IMG/VR virus record: IMGVR_UViG_3300035502_001274
Coordinates: 32,001-96,000 of that record
DNA: 64,000 nucleotides
Origin: a virus
Taxonomy: Duplodnaviria; Caudoviricetes
Direction: 5' to 3' (one strand)
Every line of letters begins with the position of its first letter. The stretch's first letter is position 1. The notes beneath the pieces were generated by a model. The model was given only the letters and a program-made list of their open reading frames with translations, did no database searches and was not told where the DNA came from. Positions 1-8,476 of the stretch are shown here, piece after piece. The translations under genes were made by a program, and so were the position numbers.

Positions 1-1
1 T

Positions 2-2902
2 AAAGAGGACGACAGTTCGGCCCGAGTACAGCTGGAGAAGAAGCTGCAGGATTCCGGTATCTCCAAGAATCCGTTCTGCTGGTATACCATCATCGACGAT
101 AGTACCATCAGATTGCAGTTCCCAGCCAATGCCTATTTCACGCCCAAGCTGAACTCTACCATCTCTATTGAGATTGCAACGACGCTGGGCACGGATGGCA
201 ACTTCGATACCTACGACTCCGATATCGTGTCGGAGAATAGCTCTTCCCGTTATCCTTACAATGCACAAGTGCCGGTCTTTGGCACAGTGGATGGCGCCAG
301 CACAGGCGGCAAAGATCTTCCCTCTCAGGAGGATTATCGTCTGGATGTCATGAGAGCATACTCTACCAACTTCACATACACGTCAGTGAACGATCTTCAG
401 CTGTATTTCAATACGCTGATGAAAGATACCTCTGATAAGTTCAAGTTCGTGAAGAAGCGTGACGATGCTTTCATCAGACTGTATGGCGCTTTCCTGCTGA
501 TGAAGGATGATGCGGGCAACGTCATTCCCAGCAATACACTGGACGTGGAACTGGATCCTCTCAGAGATGAAGAGGATTTTGACCTCTACAGTGATGCAGT
601 ACATCGTTTCATCATTAAGCCGGGTGCCCTCTTTACCTATGCTCATAAAGAGGACGATGAATACGTCGTAAAACGCATTCATGGTAAGAAGCTCAGTGAC
701 GATCTGTCCGAGTACGACTCAGACGATGGTTTCTACGTTTGCCCTGACTGCGGCTATCGCTATGAAGGCGATGATTTCAGAAGCGAATCTGATGATTACG
801 TATGCCCCAGCTGCGGAGCGGCTAAGAGCAGCTTCCTCAATGAACGATTTGTGTTTACCAATCCCTATCTGATCAGTGTCTCTACCAATAACTTCATGGC
901 AGGTTACTTCCTCAATTCCGTCAACGATCATCACAATCTGGTGTATAGTGCAGTGAATGACGACTCGATCGTGCAGTTCATTGCCCGGCACTTCAAGGTG
1001 ACGCGTAATGCCATAGCCGGCGAGAACTTCTACAAGTTCTCTGTGGTCATTTCGCCCTCTGTGGAAGTGGATAACGATACAATCTTCCAGGATAGAGATG
1101 ATGTGACTGTGGCAAAGCATAACGGATATGTGGAGTCCATCGAGCATGATGGAACGGCAGTCTATGCTACCATTCGTTACACTGATGATCCCACCATCGT
1201 GGGAGACTTGCCTGAAGAAGAGCAGTCTGAGCGGATTTTGGTTTCTTCTTACCTGAATAAGGTGGACCAGACCTTCTATATCTGCCCCGATTGTGGTCGT
1301 CGCATCTCTCCTGAAGAGTATGCTGAGATGAAAGCCGCTGGCTTTGTGGACAGTGAAGGCAATGCCTTGACTTGTCCTGACTGTGTCTCTGATGACGAGC
1401 ATACACCGGTCGAGATTGAGGACTATGAAGAGACATACATTGACTACGATTACTTCCCTGGCAATACGATGCAGTTTGATGTAGGTGATGAGCTTACAAA
1501 GAACGACGTCATCGCCATTGCCAAGCCTCAGGACCTCGGTCGAATTCGACTGATTATGGACCTGAATCAGAATATGGACATTGCCCAGCCTCGTTATGTG
1601 CCCTTCACTCTGGAAGAGGCACACAATGAAGGATCTGATTACTACATCTTTGCGGCCTACATCTCCACCACGGACATGATCGACTCCAGTCACATTATGC
1701 CCATTGAAGATGGCTTTGCCATGCAGGACGGCTCTTCTGGCCATAATCATGCCCTGTCCATTCCCATCGAAGGATTGAGCATGAAACTGCATGCATTCTG
1801 GCAATACCGTGAAGAAGATGACCTGGATGAAGCAACTCGGAACCCTCGTCATGAGTACTCTTCCTTCAACTACGTGACTGGCTATACGTTCACCAATACC
1901 TACGAGTTGCCGGAAAACGATACCCTGACTCTGATCAGAGCGATGGATAATGCGAGAGGCTTCTTAGATGCCATTGAGCGTCCGCAGGAGCCCGAGCCTG
2001 AACCAGAGCCCGAACCTGAGCCGGAACCGGATCCCAATCATCCTTCAGCAGAAGCTTCCGAGCTTCCCGATGATTCTGAGAATACGGTATTCCTGCGGTC
2101 CTATAATCACGAGCGTTTCTTAGTGGACGATCCCGATGACGACCGCACTACTGGCAACTATCTGACTGTCGATAAGACGGAAGAGCAGAAAGCCGATTAC
2201 GATCCTCCTGTGGTTTCTACCGTTGTGGAAGACAATTCTCCCACGGTGATTGATACCTCTACCATTGACACCGAAGTGGGCGTCTATGGCGAGAACTTCC
2301 TCTTTAGACTGCGTAACTGTCCCTTTGTGGCCGCTGCGTGGATCAAAGAATCTGCCAATGAAGCTGTCTTTATCGAGAAGATTGAGCAGCATTATGCAGA
2401 AGTGGAAGATGTCATGTGGAACTTGGAGAATGCTTTCGCAATTGACATGAAGTTCTATAATAGCTATGGCAAGTCCAAGTTCTATAAGATCGGCAACTCG
2501 TCCAATCTGGAGCCTCTGGATTCTGTCAATATCACTTTGAGCTTTGGTGTGGCTGTCAATTATCCCGCCTCTGCCGATGTCTTCCGTGGAAACTTCAGGA
2601 CATTCGTCCAGCAGTACATTGAGGCCACTGACGAGATGGTGGGTAACGGCATTGATCTCTACATCATGAATCTCATTGCGGCTGCCAAGGCCAAGTTCGA
2701 TGAGATTGGATACTTGGAGTACTATGGATTGAATCACTACGACTACTTCGCTCAGCGTCTGGTCATCATGTCCGACGATGAGATCCTGGAGACGGTCAAG
2801 GCGGATTCCTTCGTACCTGAGTTCCTCAACATTATCAGAGAGACCACGACCGATGGCACACGCCCCAAGGTGAAAATCGCTGTTTTGGAATCTTTGACCT
2901 GA
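2..2902 (+). CDS. Baseplate wedge protein (T4 gp6 / baseplate J-like), 5'-truncated, with inserted rubredoxin-like and Zn-ribbon domains
   Basis: Frame is open from position 2. TTLGTDGNF and STGGKDLPSQEDYR resemble the T-x-G-x-x-GN and GG-x-D-x-E-x-x-x-x-x-R motifs of gp6/gpJ wedge proteins. Contains CPDC/CPSC pairs and a PE repeat linker. Confidence 0.6.
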   Translation, partial: KEDDSSARVQLEKKLQDSGISKNPFCWYTIIDDSTIRLQFPANAYFTPKLNSTISIEIATTLGTDGNFDTYDSDIVSENSSSRYPYNAQVPVFGTVDGASTGGKDLPSQEDYRLDVMRAYSTNFTYTSVNDLQLYFNTLMKDTSDKFKFVKKRDDAFIRLYGAFLLMKDDAGNVIPSNTLDVELDPLRDEEDFDLYSDAVHRFIIKPGALFTYAHKEDDEYVVKRIHGKKLSDDLSEYDSDDGFYVCPDCGYRYEGDDFRSESDDYVCPSCGAAKSSFLNERFVFTNPYLISVSTNNFMAGYFLNSVNDHHNLVYSAVNDDSIVQFIARHFKVTRNAIAGENFYKFSVVISPSVEVDNDTIFQDRDDVTVAKHNGYVESIEHDGTAVYATIRYTDDPTIVGDLPEEEQSERILVSSYLNKVDQTFYICPDCGRRISPEEYAEMKAAGFVDSEGNALTCPDCVSDDEHTPVEIEDYEETYIDYDYFPGNTMQFDVGDELTKNDVIAIAKPQDLGRIRLIMDLNQNMDIAQPRYVPFTLEEAHNEGSDYYIFAAYISTTDMIDSSHIMPIEDGFAMQDGSSGHNHALSIPIEGLSMKLHAFWQYREEDDLDEATRNPRHEYSSFNYVTGYTFTNTYELPENDTLTLIRAMDNARGFLDAIERPQEPEPEPEPEPEPEPDPNHPSAEASELPDDSENTVFLRSYNHERFLVDDPDDDRTTGNYLTVDKTEEQKADYDPPVVSTVVEDNSPTVIDTSTIDTEVGVYGENFLFRLRNCPFVAAAWIKESANEAVFIEKIEQHYAEVEDVMWNLENAFAIDMKFYNSYGKSKFYKIGNSSNLEPLDSVNITLSFGVAVNYPASADVFRGNFRTFVQQYIEATDEMVGNGIDLYIMNLIAAAKAKFDEIGYLEYYGLNHYDYFAQRLVIMSDDEILETVKADSFVPEFLNIIRETTTDGTRPKVKIAVLESLT
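1981..2035 (+). repeat. (Pro-Glu)n linker repeat within the CDS
   Basis: Encodes PQEPEPEPEPEPEPEPDP. Confidence 0.9.
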
Positions 2903-2918
2903 TAAACCTCAGCAAATA

Positions 2919-2947
2919 AGGCGCTGTACGAGACCCGTACAGCGCCT
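2919..2947 (+). terminator. Stem-loop (probable terminator)
   Basis: AGGCGCTGTACG-N5-CGTACAGCGCCT, 12-bp perfect stem just after the stop codon. Confidence 0.65.
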
Positions 2948-2962
2948 GATTTGCCATCTCCG

Positions 2963-2974
2963 CACAACTGCATA
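2963..2974 (+). promoter_or_regulatory. Putative late promoter CACA-N6-TA
   Basis: Same spacing as the AACA-N6-TA motif upstream of other virion genes. Confidence 0.5.
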
Positions 2975-3019
2975 AGCAAATTCCCTCCCAATTCTTATGA
3001 AAGGATGTGACATTTTCTC

Positions 3020-6000
3020 ATGTTTAGAGACACTTCTATCTTTGAATCAAAAATTCACAATCTCGTCTCTAATATGTGTTTTGAGTCGATTGTCTCAGAG
3101 GCTTTCATTGAGAGTCTTCCTATCAACAAGTCTGACCTGACTGACGACCTGACCCATTCTCTGGCAGTGTATGCCACGGAGTGCGTACAGGACCTGGGCA
3201 GCATGGACTTGCTGAAAGAGGCTATGGAATCCTGCAAGGATCCTGCCAAGAAGGCTTACCTGAAGAGGATTTATACTACGTGCATGGAGACTGCCACCAC
3301 GGTCACCGCTCGCGTCATCGATGAAGCAGGCGGCGATACCGATGCACTGACAGAAGCTGCCAAGCACGTTGCTCTTACCGATGAAGAGTACGCGCGCTTC
3401 TCCAAGGCGGCTGCTCCTCTGACGCCCAATTCTCTGACCGAGATGATCAAGAAGAAAACGCTTGATACCATCAAGGAGGAGAAGGAAGCATATCAGAAGG
3501 ACGCCGAACTGACTGAGGAGCTGAAGGCTGCTCTGGCTGAAGGCGAAGATGACGGCGAGGACGCCGACAATGCGCAGCAGATCAGCACGGAACCCGAGAG
3601 CGATGCTGATATTGCGGCAGATGCTCCCGACAATAACAACCCCGAGGACGAAAACATCCCTGTGGAGAATGGCAATGACGACGCTACTGGCGCCGAGATT
3701 GGCCAGAGCACCGAGTCCTGGGCCGTTGCTGAAGAGGGCATTATCGGCAATCTGATCAAGAAGTTCTCCAAGAAGCAAGTTCCGCAGGCTGACGTTGTTA
3801 GCGGTACCAAGTATCTCTGTGCCCCCGAGGAACTGTGGAAAAACGGCGATGAAGACGTGAACCCCATCATGCTGTATTTCGACGGCCGCATTGATGCTTT
3901 TGATAGTATCAAGATGGCCATCCTGGATGCAGTGAAGGAATATGGCAGCAAGATGCCCCGTTCCGATATGGAATCCAAGCCCTTCAGCATCGCTACCATC
4001 AACCTCGATACCGGCGTGATCGCATACAGCGGCGCCAAGCCCTTGCCCGCACTGGGTAAGGAGAATGGCATCAACATCAGCCTGAGTGGCGGCAGCGCTT
4101 CCGCAACGGAATCTGAGACTCACTTTGTGATTACTCAGAATGACGCTACCAAGGAAGATGAAAAGGATGACGAAGTTGGGCTGAGGATCAAGATTGGCGA
4201 CAGCTACGTCAACCTGCAGAACATCGCCATGAAGAACGAGATCAGCCACTACAAGACCGGTGCTGACATTGGTCAATTCCGTACTGGTGTGGATGGTCCC
4301 GTCGAAAAATCTTCCAAGCCTGCTTCTGAAAGTGCAACCATGACTCCGGCCAATGAGGGCCTGATCAGCTTCGTGAAGCGCATGTTCAGCAAGAAGAAGA
4401 GCTCCAGCAACACCGACAACGCTGTGAAGCGCACTGTTTCTCAGGGCTCTACTGATCTGAACGCCATTCTGGCCAAGCTGCCTGTCCTCGAGGACGAGGA
4501 TATGCTCGCTCCCATGGTCATGTCTTTCCTGGATCATATCCAGAAGAAGTATGGCTTTGACGATATCCAGGCCTTCGGCATCATGGGGCCCAACAACGTC
4601 AGCTCCATGTTCTGGCGGAAGCAGGGTGAGCCCAAGTATGACTGCGATCACAACGGCTTCTATGCCTGCGCTGTCTACAACTGGGTACAGCAGGCGATCA
4701 ACTTCGGTGGCTCTTACAAGGGCGTAACCGGTTATCATATCACTTGGACCGATGGGCATTGCTCCATGGACATCGTGTCCACTCCCATCCGGGACGTCAA
4801 TGCGACCATGGAAGACTGGATGCGCAAATACATCGATCCCGAGGTTGCCGAATACAATGTTCAGAATCATGGTGATCCCTCTTATGAGAGCTTCACCCTG
4901 CGGAAGAACATGAACGGCAGCTACGCCATGGAGTCCCACTTTGTGGACGTCCAGAATCAGACCAACTGCCAGTGCCCCACGTACGGTTCTCGTATTGGCC
5001 AAGGTCCTATCGAGGCCTGCAAGAACTGCAAGAAGGATGAGAAGAAGGAGAAAGCCACCTTTGAGTCCTTCATGAGAGGCATGGCTGGTGACAATTACAG
5101 AGCCAATCACAGCTCTGTGTTCTCCCGCATTCAGGAGCTGACCTATGAAGGTCTCTCCGCCTCTAAGGAATCCTTCACGGAGATTCCTTTCGATACCATG
5201 ACGGCCATCACCAAGCAGAATACCTTCAGCAAGTTCAAGTCTTTCGGCAAGCAGGACCTGCGCCAGACACTGGACAACCTGAATCGGTATGCCTTTGAGA
5301 GCATGGGAACTCCCGACGCTCCTCATGGTGACGGTGAACATCCCCACGATGATAATCATGGTGAAGGCCATGAAGAGCATCGTGAGGAGTGCCTGAATAA
5401 TTCCCTGCTGGTTTCCAGCATTATCTATACCTTCTTCGAGACCCTGAACAGCATGAACCTGTACTGCCCCAAGCTGGATGAAATTCGGCGGTTCGTCGAC
5501 GAGTCCTTGCCTGTGGAAGCCAAGGTTCTGAAGGGTCAGGAAGAGTTCGCGCATCTCTTCAAGCATATGATGCACAAAGCCCACGAAGAAGTGCAGCATG
5601 CTTCTACGGTGCCGGAACTGGATGCGGTTTCCAAAGACCTGGAAATGGTCAGAGAGCGTGCATCTGCACCCGGCCTCGATTCCATGGAAAGCTACGTTGG
5701 CCAGATTGATGACCTGATGAAGGTGATCAAGACCAAGCGTGACCGTCTGGTGGAGCGTCAGCGTCCAACCGTGCCTGCGATGGAGTCTTCCTTCCAGACG
5801 CTGCAGCGGACCCGGGATACCCTGAAGTTCTCCCGCATCGCCTCTACGATGGGTCGTAAGCCCAACGTGACCATGGTGAAGTGCAAGGTGGATCCTCAGA
5901 AGAATCCCAAGTATGTTGCCATCGAGTGCTTCTCCGCCAATAACAAGTTGGCCAACACTGCTACCATCGTTCTGGAGGCAGCTTTGCCTGAGGATGTGGT

Positions 6001-6109
6001 TGGTTATGTGAAAGGTGCCATTGAGAGCTCCTCTCTGATGGACCTGGATAAGCGCATCGTCATGACCGACCTGCGATCCGGCAAAAAATATATGGACACC
6101 TGCAATTAA
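3020..6109 (+). CDS. Internal head/virion protein with multiple A/S/T-x-E prohead-protease-type sites (polyprotein-like)
   Basis: 1029 aa. Recurrent STES, AEEG, ATES, ASES, ANEG, AMES, AFES and SMES motifs resemble the phiKZ gp175 S/A/G-x-E cleavage consensus. Has acidic linkers and a late promoter. Confidence 0.6.
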   Translation: MFRDTSIFESKIHNLVSNMCFESIVSEAFIESLPINKSDLTDDLTHSLAVYATECVQDLGSMDLLKEAMESCKDPAKKAYLKRIYTTCMETATTVTARVIDEAGGDTDALTEAAKHVALTDEEYARFSKAAAPLTPNSLTEMIKKKTLDTIKEEKEAYQKDAELTEELKAALAEGEDDGEDADNAQQISTEPESDADIAADAPDNNNPEDENIPVENGNDDATGAEIGQSTESWAVAEEGIIGNLIKKFSKKQVPQADVVSGTKYLCAPEELWKNGDEDVNPIMLYFDGRIDAFDSIKMAILDAVKEYGSKMPRSDMESKPFSIATINLDTGVIAYSGAKPLPALGKENGINISLSGGSASATESETHFVITQNDATKEDEKDDEVGLRIKIGDSYVNLQNIAMKNEISHYKTGADIGQFRTGVDGPVEKSSKPASESATMTPANEGLISFVKRMFSKKKSSSNTDNAVKRTVSQGSTDLNAILAKLPVLEDEDMLAPMVMSFLDHIQKKYGFDDIQAFGIMGPNNVSSMFWRKQGEPKYDCDHNGFYACAVYNWVQQAINFGGSYKGVTGYHITWTDGHCSMDIVSTPIRDVNATMEDWMRKYIDPEVAEYNVQNHGDPSYESFTLRKNMNGSYAMESHFVDVQNQTNCQCPTYGSRIGQGPIEACKNCKKDEKKEKATFESFMRGMAGDNYRANHSSVFSRIQELTYEGLSASKESFTEIPFDTMTAITKQNTFSKFKSFGKQDLRQTLDNLNRYAFESMGTPDAPHGDGEHPHDDNHGEGHEEHREECLNNSLLVSSIIYTFFETLNSMNLYCPKLDEIRRFVDESLPVEAKVLKGQEEFAHLFKHMMHKAHEEVQHASTVPELDAVSKDLEMVRERASAPGLDSMESYVGQIDDLMKVIKTKRDRLVERQRPTVPAMESSFQTLQRTRDTLKFSRIASTMGRKPNVTMVKCKVDPQKNPKYVAIECFSANNKLANTATIVLEAALPEDVVGYVKGAIESSSLMDLDKRIVMTDLRSGKKYMDTCN

Positions 6110-6117
6110 ATGAGCTA

Positions 6118-6151
6118 AAAGCTAGGATGACATTTCTGTCATCCTAGCTTT
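6118..6151. terminator. Bidirectional intrinsic terminator
   Basis: AAAGCTAGGATGACA-N4-TGTCATCCTAGCTTT between convergent units. Confidence 0.8.
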
Positions 6152-6178
6152 ATTTGTCTTTGATACACAATGAGAACT

Positions 6179-6507
6179 CGATACGGAGTATTGTCTACCG
6201 TTACACTCGGGCCTAGAGCAATGAAGTTCTGCCCGAACCTCACCACGTCCATACAATGACTAACGCGTACGTTCAGCCTCACAGTAGGGCACCTCACGTA
6301 CCGAGCCTCATCACGGAACTTTACAAGCCTGCGCCATGCCAAGAGTCGGTCGCATCCGTTATTTCGTATCACCCAGGCTTTGGGCCATAATTCAGTAAAC
6401 TACAGGAGCTCTCTTGGTTAATCCTGCAGCTCATCAAGTCAGCCGCTGCCTCGCGGTCTCTTAGGACTCGATGTCGTCCGAATGCGACGCTATCAACACC
6501 GTACTCG
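6179..6507 (-). ncRNA. Candidate structured ncRNA (~330 nt)
   Basis: No credible ORF. Ends 6494-6507 and 6179-6193 can form a ~13-bp bulged closing stem. Internal hairpins need G-U pairs available only on the minus strand. Ends at the 6118-6151 terminator. Confidence 0.45.
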
Positions 6508-6542
6508 GATATCTATCTAACTTGACTATCGGTATGTTGGAT

Positions 6543-6989
6543 TCAGCGTGCCATTTTATAATAGATATATTCTCGGCCATTCTCCTTGACGCTATAACTT
6601 CCTTCAATATGGAATCCAAACATCTTGTAGAGATGGATAGCCGCGAGATTATCGATCAATACCGACAGCACCTTGGGTTTATAGGTATCCAGAATGATGT
6701 GCATCATCGCCTTTCCATATCCAAGATTTCGTGTGGACTTCTCGACTTCAAAATCATAGAGAAAGGGATCCTGGCAGTCGATGCTGCTCACACAAGCACG
6801 GCCCACATAGTGCTCCACCGAATCGCTGATTTCCTTGAGGTCTTCACGCTTATCCTTTGGTAAATCGAATTTGGAAATGAAAAGTTCTCGGTAGTCTTTC
6901 TCTTTGCAATAGAAACGAAGTTCGACCGCTTTCTGAGATTCCCAATCATTTGGATTGACAGTCTCTTTCACCTTATAAGTTAACTCCAC
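6543..6989 (-). CDS. GNAT family N-acetyltransferase
   Basis: FEVEKSTRNLGYGKAMM (acetyl-CoA motif A) and N-x-x-A-x-x-LY-x-x-x-GF (motif B). GTG start with GGGAG SD. Confidence 0.85.
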   Translation of the reverse strand: MELTYKVKETVNPNDWESQKAVELRFYCKEKDYRELFISKFDLPKDKREDLKEISDSVEHYVGRACVSSIDCQDPFLYDFEVEKSTRNLGYGKAMMHIILDTYKPKVLSVLIDNLAAIHLYKMFGFHIEGSYSVKENGREYIYYKMAR

Positions 6990-7016
6990 GATATTTACGC
7001 TCCCTTAAAGAAAATT

Positions 7017-7045
7017 GAGATGAATCGCCCTTTGCGATTCATCTC
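7017..7045. terminator. Stem-loop
   Basis: GAGATGAATCGC-N5-GCGATTCATCTC perfect inverted repeat. Confidence 0.6.
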
Positions 7046-7279
7046 TTATGATAACAGGATTCGATATTGACCTTGCTTCAGCAGATAGGCAAAGAGGGAT
7101 TCAACGGTGTCGAACGTGATCCCATCTCTGTTGGCAGGCAGGTTGATGCACTTGTAGTTCTTGAGAGGGCCTGATGCGTTACGGTCCTCATAGGTTTCCT
7201 TCATATAGCTGGTAGGTCCGCAGGGATACAATGCGATGCTCTGATTGGACGCAGTATTCATGACGATTGTCTGGTACAT
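7046..7279 (-). CDS. Small hypothetical protein
   Basis: ATG at 7279 preceded by AAAGGAGG SD; 77 aa. Confidence 0.65.
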   Translation of the reverse strand: MYQTIVMNTASNQSIALYPCGPTSYMKETYEDRNASGPLKNYKCINLPANRDGITFDTVESLFAYLLKQGQYRILLS

Positions 7280-7329
7280 GGGTCCTCCTTTCTGTCTCTC
7301 CATATTTTATGTGTTGAAATGACATAAAA

Positions 7330-7710
7330 GCATTCCTGGCGTGTCAGCCTCACGGGCCGCCGTGCTCCTGCGGTAGAGCATAGACCCTTGGTTGAGGATT
7401 TTGTAAAGTGTTATGGTTTAACGTTTGAGCGTTAAAGGTAGAAAAGCGTTAAACGTTAATCGTTACTGGTTAAGCATTAAGCTTTGAGTTCATAGAAGGA
7501 TTCGAACCTTCATGCTGTCCAACCCTTTCCGCGGGGGACGGCTTACCTCCAATTCCTTGACAAGGAACCAGCTTACCTGATTAACACTCAGGGGCTGACC
7601 AGTGTAGAGAGCCGTATCTTTCGCCGGCAGTCCACGATTATACCGTTAATACTTTCTCCTCAACGGTCAAGAAGCCACACTTCTACGGCGATTCGACACG
7701 TCAGGAATAC
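7330..7710 (-). ncRNA. Candidate ~380-nt structured ncRNA with a 7-nt repeat tract and a T-arm mimic
   Basis: Ends 7695-7710 and 7330-7345 pair at 15/16 positions. About 11 heptamers at 7406-7485. GAAGG-TTCGAAT-CCTTC T-arm at 7495-7511. Confidence 0.7.
7406..7485 (-). repeat. Degenerate 7-nt tandem repeat (AA-N3-TT-like)
   Basis: Minus strand reads AAAGCTT AATGCTT AACCAGT AACGATT AACGTTT AACGCTT ttc TACCTTT AACGCTC AAACGTT AAACCAT AACACTT. Confidence 0.8.
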
Positions 7711-7745
7711 TTATTATGCTAATTGGTTTGCGCTGCTATACGATT

Positions 7746-8375
7746 TTACTTGCCGTAGCTGAACTCGATGTCAGTGCGGGCGTTGCTCATGGACAGCGCG
7801 GTGTCCACATGCAGCCGGAACTCGTCGATCTCGTCGACCATTTTGGTGAGCAGTTCCTGAACCTTCAGAGGATCGACGTAGACGATATTGTGGCTCTCCA
7901 TGTAGGTCTTGTAGATCTCCGTGCTGGTGGGATCGGTGGTCTTGGAAGAAGCACCGGCGCTCTCCACCATCTTGACAGCGGAATCTTCCACGGACTTGAC
8001 AGCGCGCTCATAGTTGGCGTGCTGGGTATTGGTCTGACGAGCGATCTCGTCCATCAGCGTGGCCTTGTGCACCATGGCATGGGCCTTGGCATCGATGGCC
8101 TCGGCGACGGTATACTCCTTGCCGGAGATGGTCACCTTTGTGGTCGCATTGGACAGGACGACGGCCATCTTCATGGCGTTGCGGCGGTCAATCAGGTCAG
8201 TGACCTTCTGATAGGTGGCCTTAATAGCCTCCGCGGCGTCCTCGGGCGTAACGGGAGAGCTAACGGTGTTAATGGTGATGACGTACTTGCCGTCACGAAT
8301 CAGCTTATTGATTCGCGCGTCCAACGTCTTCAGCTCAGCCAACGCTTCGGTGATTGTCATTTTCTCAGTAATCAT
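7746..8375 (-). CDS. DIP1984-like helical/coiled-coil protein
   Basis: Internal pseudo-repeat ITEALAE/TVAEAID and SNATTKV/SNARTDI recalls the DIP1984-family pattern (LAEAL...TN..T...TLxEA...NWxTEL). Has an SD and an early promoter. Confidence 0.6.
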   Translation of the reverse strand: MITEKMTITEALAELKTLDARINKLIRDGKYVITINTVSSPVTPEDAAEAIKATYQKVTDLIDRRNAMKMAVVLSNATTKVTISGKEYTVAEAIDAKAHAMVHKATLMDEIARQTNTQHANYERAVKSVEDSAVKMVESAGASSKTTDPTSTEIYKTYMESHNIVYVDPLKVQELLTKMVDEIDEFRLHVDTALSMSNARTDIEFSYGK

Positions 8376-8448
8376 TGCTAAGACTTCCTTTCTGTATAAT
8401 AGTTAATCTTTGAATACACTTCTTTGGTGTACTAACACAGTGTCACTA

Positions 8449-8460
8449 AAATGATATGTA
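8449..8460 (-). promoter_or_regulatory. Putative early promoter TACATATCATTT
   Basis: Motif recurs upstream of non-structural genes and resembles the AT-rich early promoters of phiKZ/AR9. Confidence 0.55.
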
Positions 8461-8476
8461 TTTAAGATGAGCAAGA

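Noticed and set aside
3095-5599. Long antisense ORFs (834 aa here; also 719-1852, 23312-24595, 27047-28834, 60648-62051 and others)
   Set aside because: They are shadows of codon-biased sense genes, with no SD and an unnatural L/V/H-rich composition.
6270-6440. UGAUGA...CUGA pairs on the minus strand suggesting C/D boxes, K-turns or a hammerhead core
   Set aside because: The motifs are short, flanking stems do not clearly fit K-turn geometry, and there is no CUGAUGA plus GAAA hammerhead core.
7480-7560. Possible tRNA around the TTCGAAT loop
   Set aside because: Only the T-arm is present; no D, anticodon or acceptor arms can be built. Treated as part of the larger RNA.
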